DNA of 64,000 nucleotides from Actinomycetes bacterium (GTDB lineage: Bacteria; Actinomycetota; Acidimicrobiia; Acidimicrobiales; Ilumatobacteraceae): the NCBI GenBank assembly GCA_025360105.1, contig JANYCT010000095.1, positions 12,120 through 76,119 on the forward strand, written 5' to 3'. Numbering within the stretch: position 1 is the stretch's first letter; each line of letters opens with the position of its first letter. Made by a program: the position numbers and the translations under genes. Of the stretch, positions 62,663-64,000 are shown piece after piece. Under the pieces are notes generated by a model, which saw only the letters and a program-made list of their open reading frames with translations, searched no databases and was not told where the DNA came from.

Positions 62663-64000
62663 TTACGGTTCGATGATCGCAAAGAACAGATCGAACTGGT
62701 CGAGCAGCGCAACGAACCGCTCGAACGTGGCACGATTCCCGGTGACCGTCATTGCCCCGGCCGCGATCTCGTCGTCGAGCGTGCTCGCAACACTTGTGAC
62801 CTTCACGAACGCCTCGACCGTGGTGGCGATGTGCGCGGTGGCGTCAATGGCGCGGCGAGTGCCGTAGTAGAGCACGCCCTTGGCAACCACCACGCGGTAC
62901 TGCACGTCGTGGTCGGTGAAGTCGAGATCGAACACGAGTTGGTCGTCGATCGCGTCGGGTGCGTTGAGTTTCACGCCGCAGTTGTCGAGCACCATGCGCG
63001 GCGTCATCGCACGCATCACGTCGACGCGTGTTGCGCCGCGTAGACCGGGCACTGATGGTGTGCCGTTGCGGAGTTCCTGCGCGCCGGTGAGATAGAACGC
63101 GCGCCACGGACCCGACTCGCTCTGGTACCCGAGCTGCTCGAGTGCATCGGCCTGCAGCAGGCGTGCCTGTTGATTGGTGGGGTCGGCGAACACCACATGG
63201 TTCACCACCTGTGCGACCCAACGGAACTCACCGGCCGCGTAGTCGGTCGCGGCCCTCGCGAGCACGGCATCGGCACCGCCCATGTAGTCGACGAGTTTGC
63301 GAGCGGCGTCCACTGGTGGCAGCGGATGCAGGTTGGCAGGGTTCGCGTCGAACCATCCGAGGTAGCGCTGGTATACGGCCTTCACGTTGTGGCTCACAGT
63401 GCCGTAGTAATCGCGGTTGAAGAACTCGTCACCGATGGCCGCAGGCAGACGCATTTCCTCGGCGATCTCGAGCGAGGTCATGCCATGGTTGGCCATGCGC
63501 ATCGTCTCGTCGTGGAGATAGCGATACACATCGCGTTGACCGCTGAGGAATGCTTCGATGTCGGCGCTGCCCCAACGCGGCCAGTGATGGCTCGCGAAGG
63601 CAACATCGCTGCGATCGAGGAAGGTCTCCAGCGCTTCGTTGATGTAGCGACTCCACCCGAGCGCATCACGTATCTCGGCGCCGCGGGGCGTGTACAGGTT
63701 GTGCAGCGTGGCCGCGCAGTTCTCGGCCATGCACACTGCCCGATACTGCGGGAAGTAGAAGTTCATCTCGGCCGGTGCTTCGGTGCCGGGCGTGAGCTGA
63801 AACTCGATACGGATGCCATCGATGACCAGTTCGCTGCCGGTGAGCTCGATCGATTCGGTGGGTGCGATCAGCCCGCCGGCACCGAGCGGAACGCCCTTAC
63901 CCAACCCGGCGTCGACATGACCCATGGGTCCGGGCTGCAGCAACGCGCCGTACATGTACATCGCTCGGCGAATCATGGCCGGCCCTGCGACCACGTTCTC
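62663..64000 (-). CDS. Alkyl/aryl-sulfatase (MBL-fold, SdsA1/BDS1-like), C-terminal about 445 aa; N-terminus beyond the window
   Basis: The reading frame is open to the window edge. ...NFYFPQYRAVCMAENCAATLHNLYTPRGAEIRDALGWSRYINEAL..., a dimerisation domain, and an SCP2-like C-terminus. Confidence 0.85.
   Translation of the reverse strand, partial: ENVVAGPAMIRRAMYMYGALLQPGPMGHVDAGLGKGVPLGAGGLIAPTESIELTGSELVIDGIRIEFQLTPGTEAPAEMNFYFPQYRAVCMAENCAATLHNLYTPRGAEIRDALGWSRYINEALETFLDRSDVAFASHHWPRWGSADIEAFLSGQRDVYRYLHDETMRMANHGMTSLEIAEEMRLPAAIGDEFFNRDYYGTVSHNVKAVYQRYLGWFDANPANLHPLPPVDAARKLVDYMGGADAVLARAATDYAAGEFRWVAQVVNHVVFADPTNQQARLLQADALEQLGYQSESGPWRAFYLTGAQELRNGTPSVPGLRGATRVDVMRAMTPRMVLDNCGVKLNAPDAIDDQLVFDLDFTDHDVQYRVVVAKGVLYYGTRRAIDATAHIATTVEAFVKVTSVASTLDDEIAAGAMTVTGNRATFERFVALLDQFDLFFAIIEP

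Overview
This is a high-GC, actinobacterial-type chromosomal origin region. All calls come from reading the supplied translations and the sequence by eye; no searches or computations were run.

Layout:
- Left arm, minus strand: gyrA, gyrB, DUF721/DciA, recF, dnaN, dnaA.
- Right arm, plus strand: rpmH, rnpA, yidD, yidC, jag, rsmG, parA, parB.
- DnaA-box clusters lie in the dnaN-dnaA gap (next to a 27-nt AT-rich stretch) and in the dnaA-rpmH gap. One near-consensus parS sits in the 3' end of rsmG.
- Next comes a block syntenic with Mycobacterium tuberculosis Rv3915-Rv3907c: cwlM-like amidase, trxA, trxB, anti-sigma/ECF sigma, a Ser/Thr kinase at the mviN position, a DUF6049-like protein and a CCA/poly(A) polymerase.
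- Two PAS-GGDEF-EAL sensors are present (27.0-30.1 kb and 59.4-62.0 kb).
- The rest is a USP, a DinB-like protein, a PfkB kinase, an APH-M23-aminotransferase triple fusion, a ferric-reductase-like/FMN-bind/ApbE flavinylation module, rpsF-ssb-rpsR-rplI-dnaB, EngB and a partial alkyl sulfatase.

Best candidate for an undescribed system (about 31.3-47 kb, the one clearly accessory stretch): a tandem-cyclase STAND/TPR protein, a secreted protein of about 3,095 aa, and an FtsX/MacB-type ABC transporter whose ATPase is fused to a cyclic-nucleotide-binding domain. The secreted protein combines a beta-helix, a pentapeptide array, a PPC domain with a clan-CD-like peptidase domain, and YDG/MBG-like modules.

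No rRNA, tRNA, CRISPR array, transposase or integrase was recognised.
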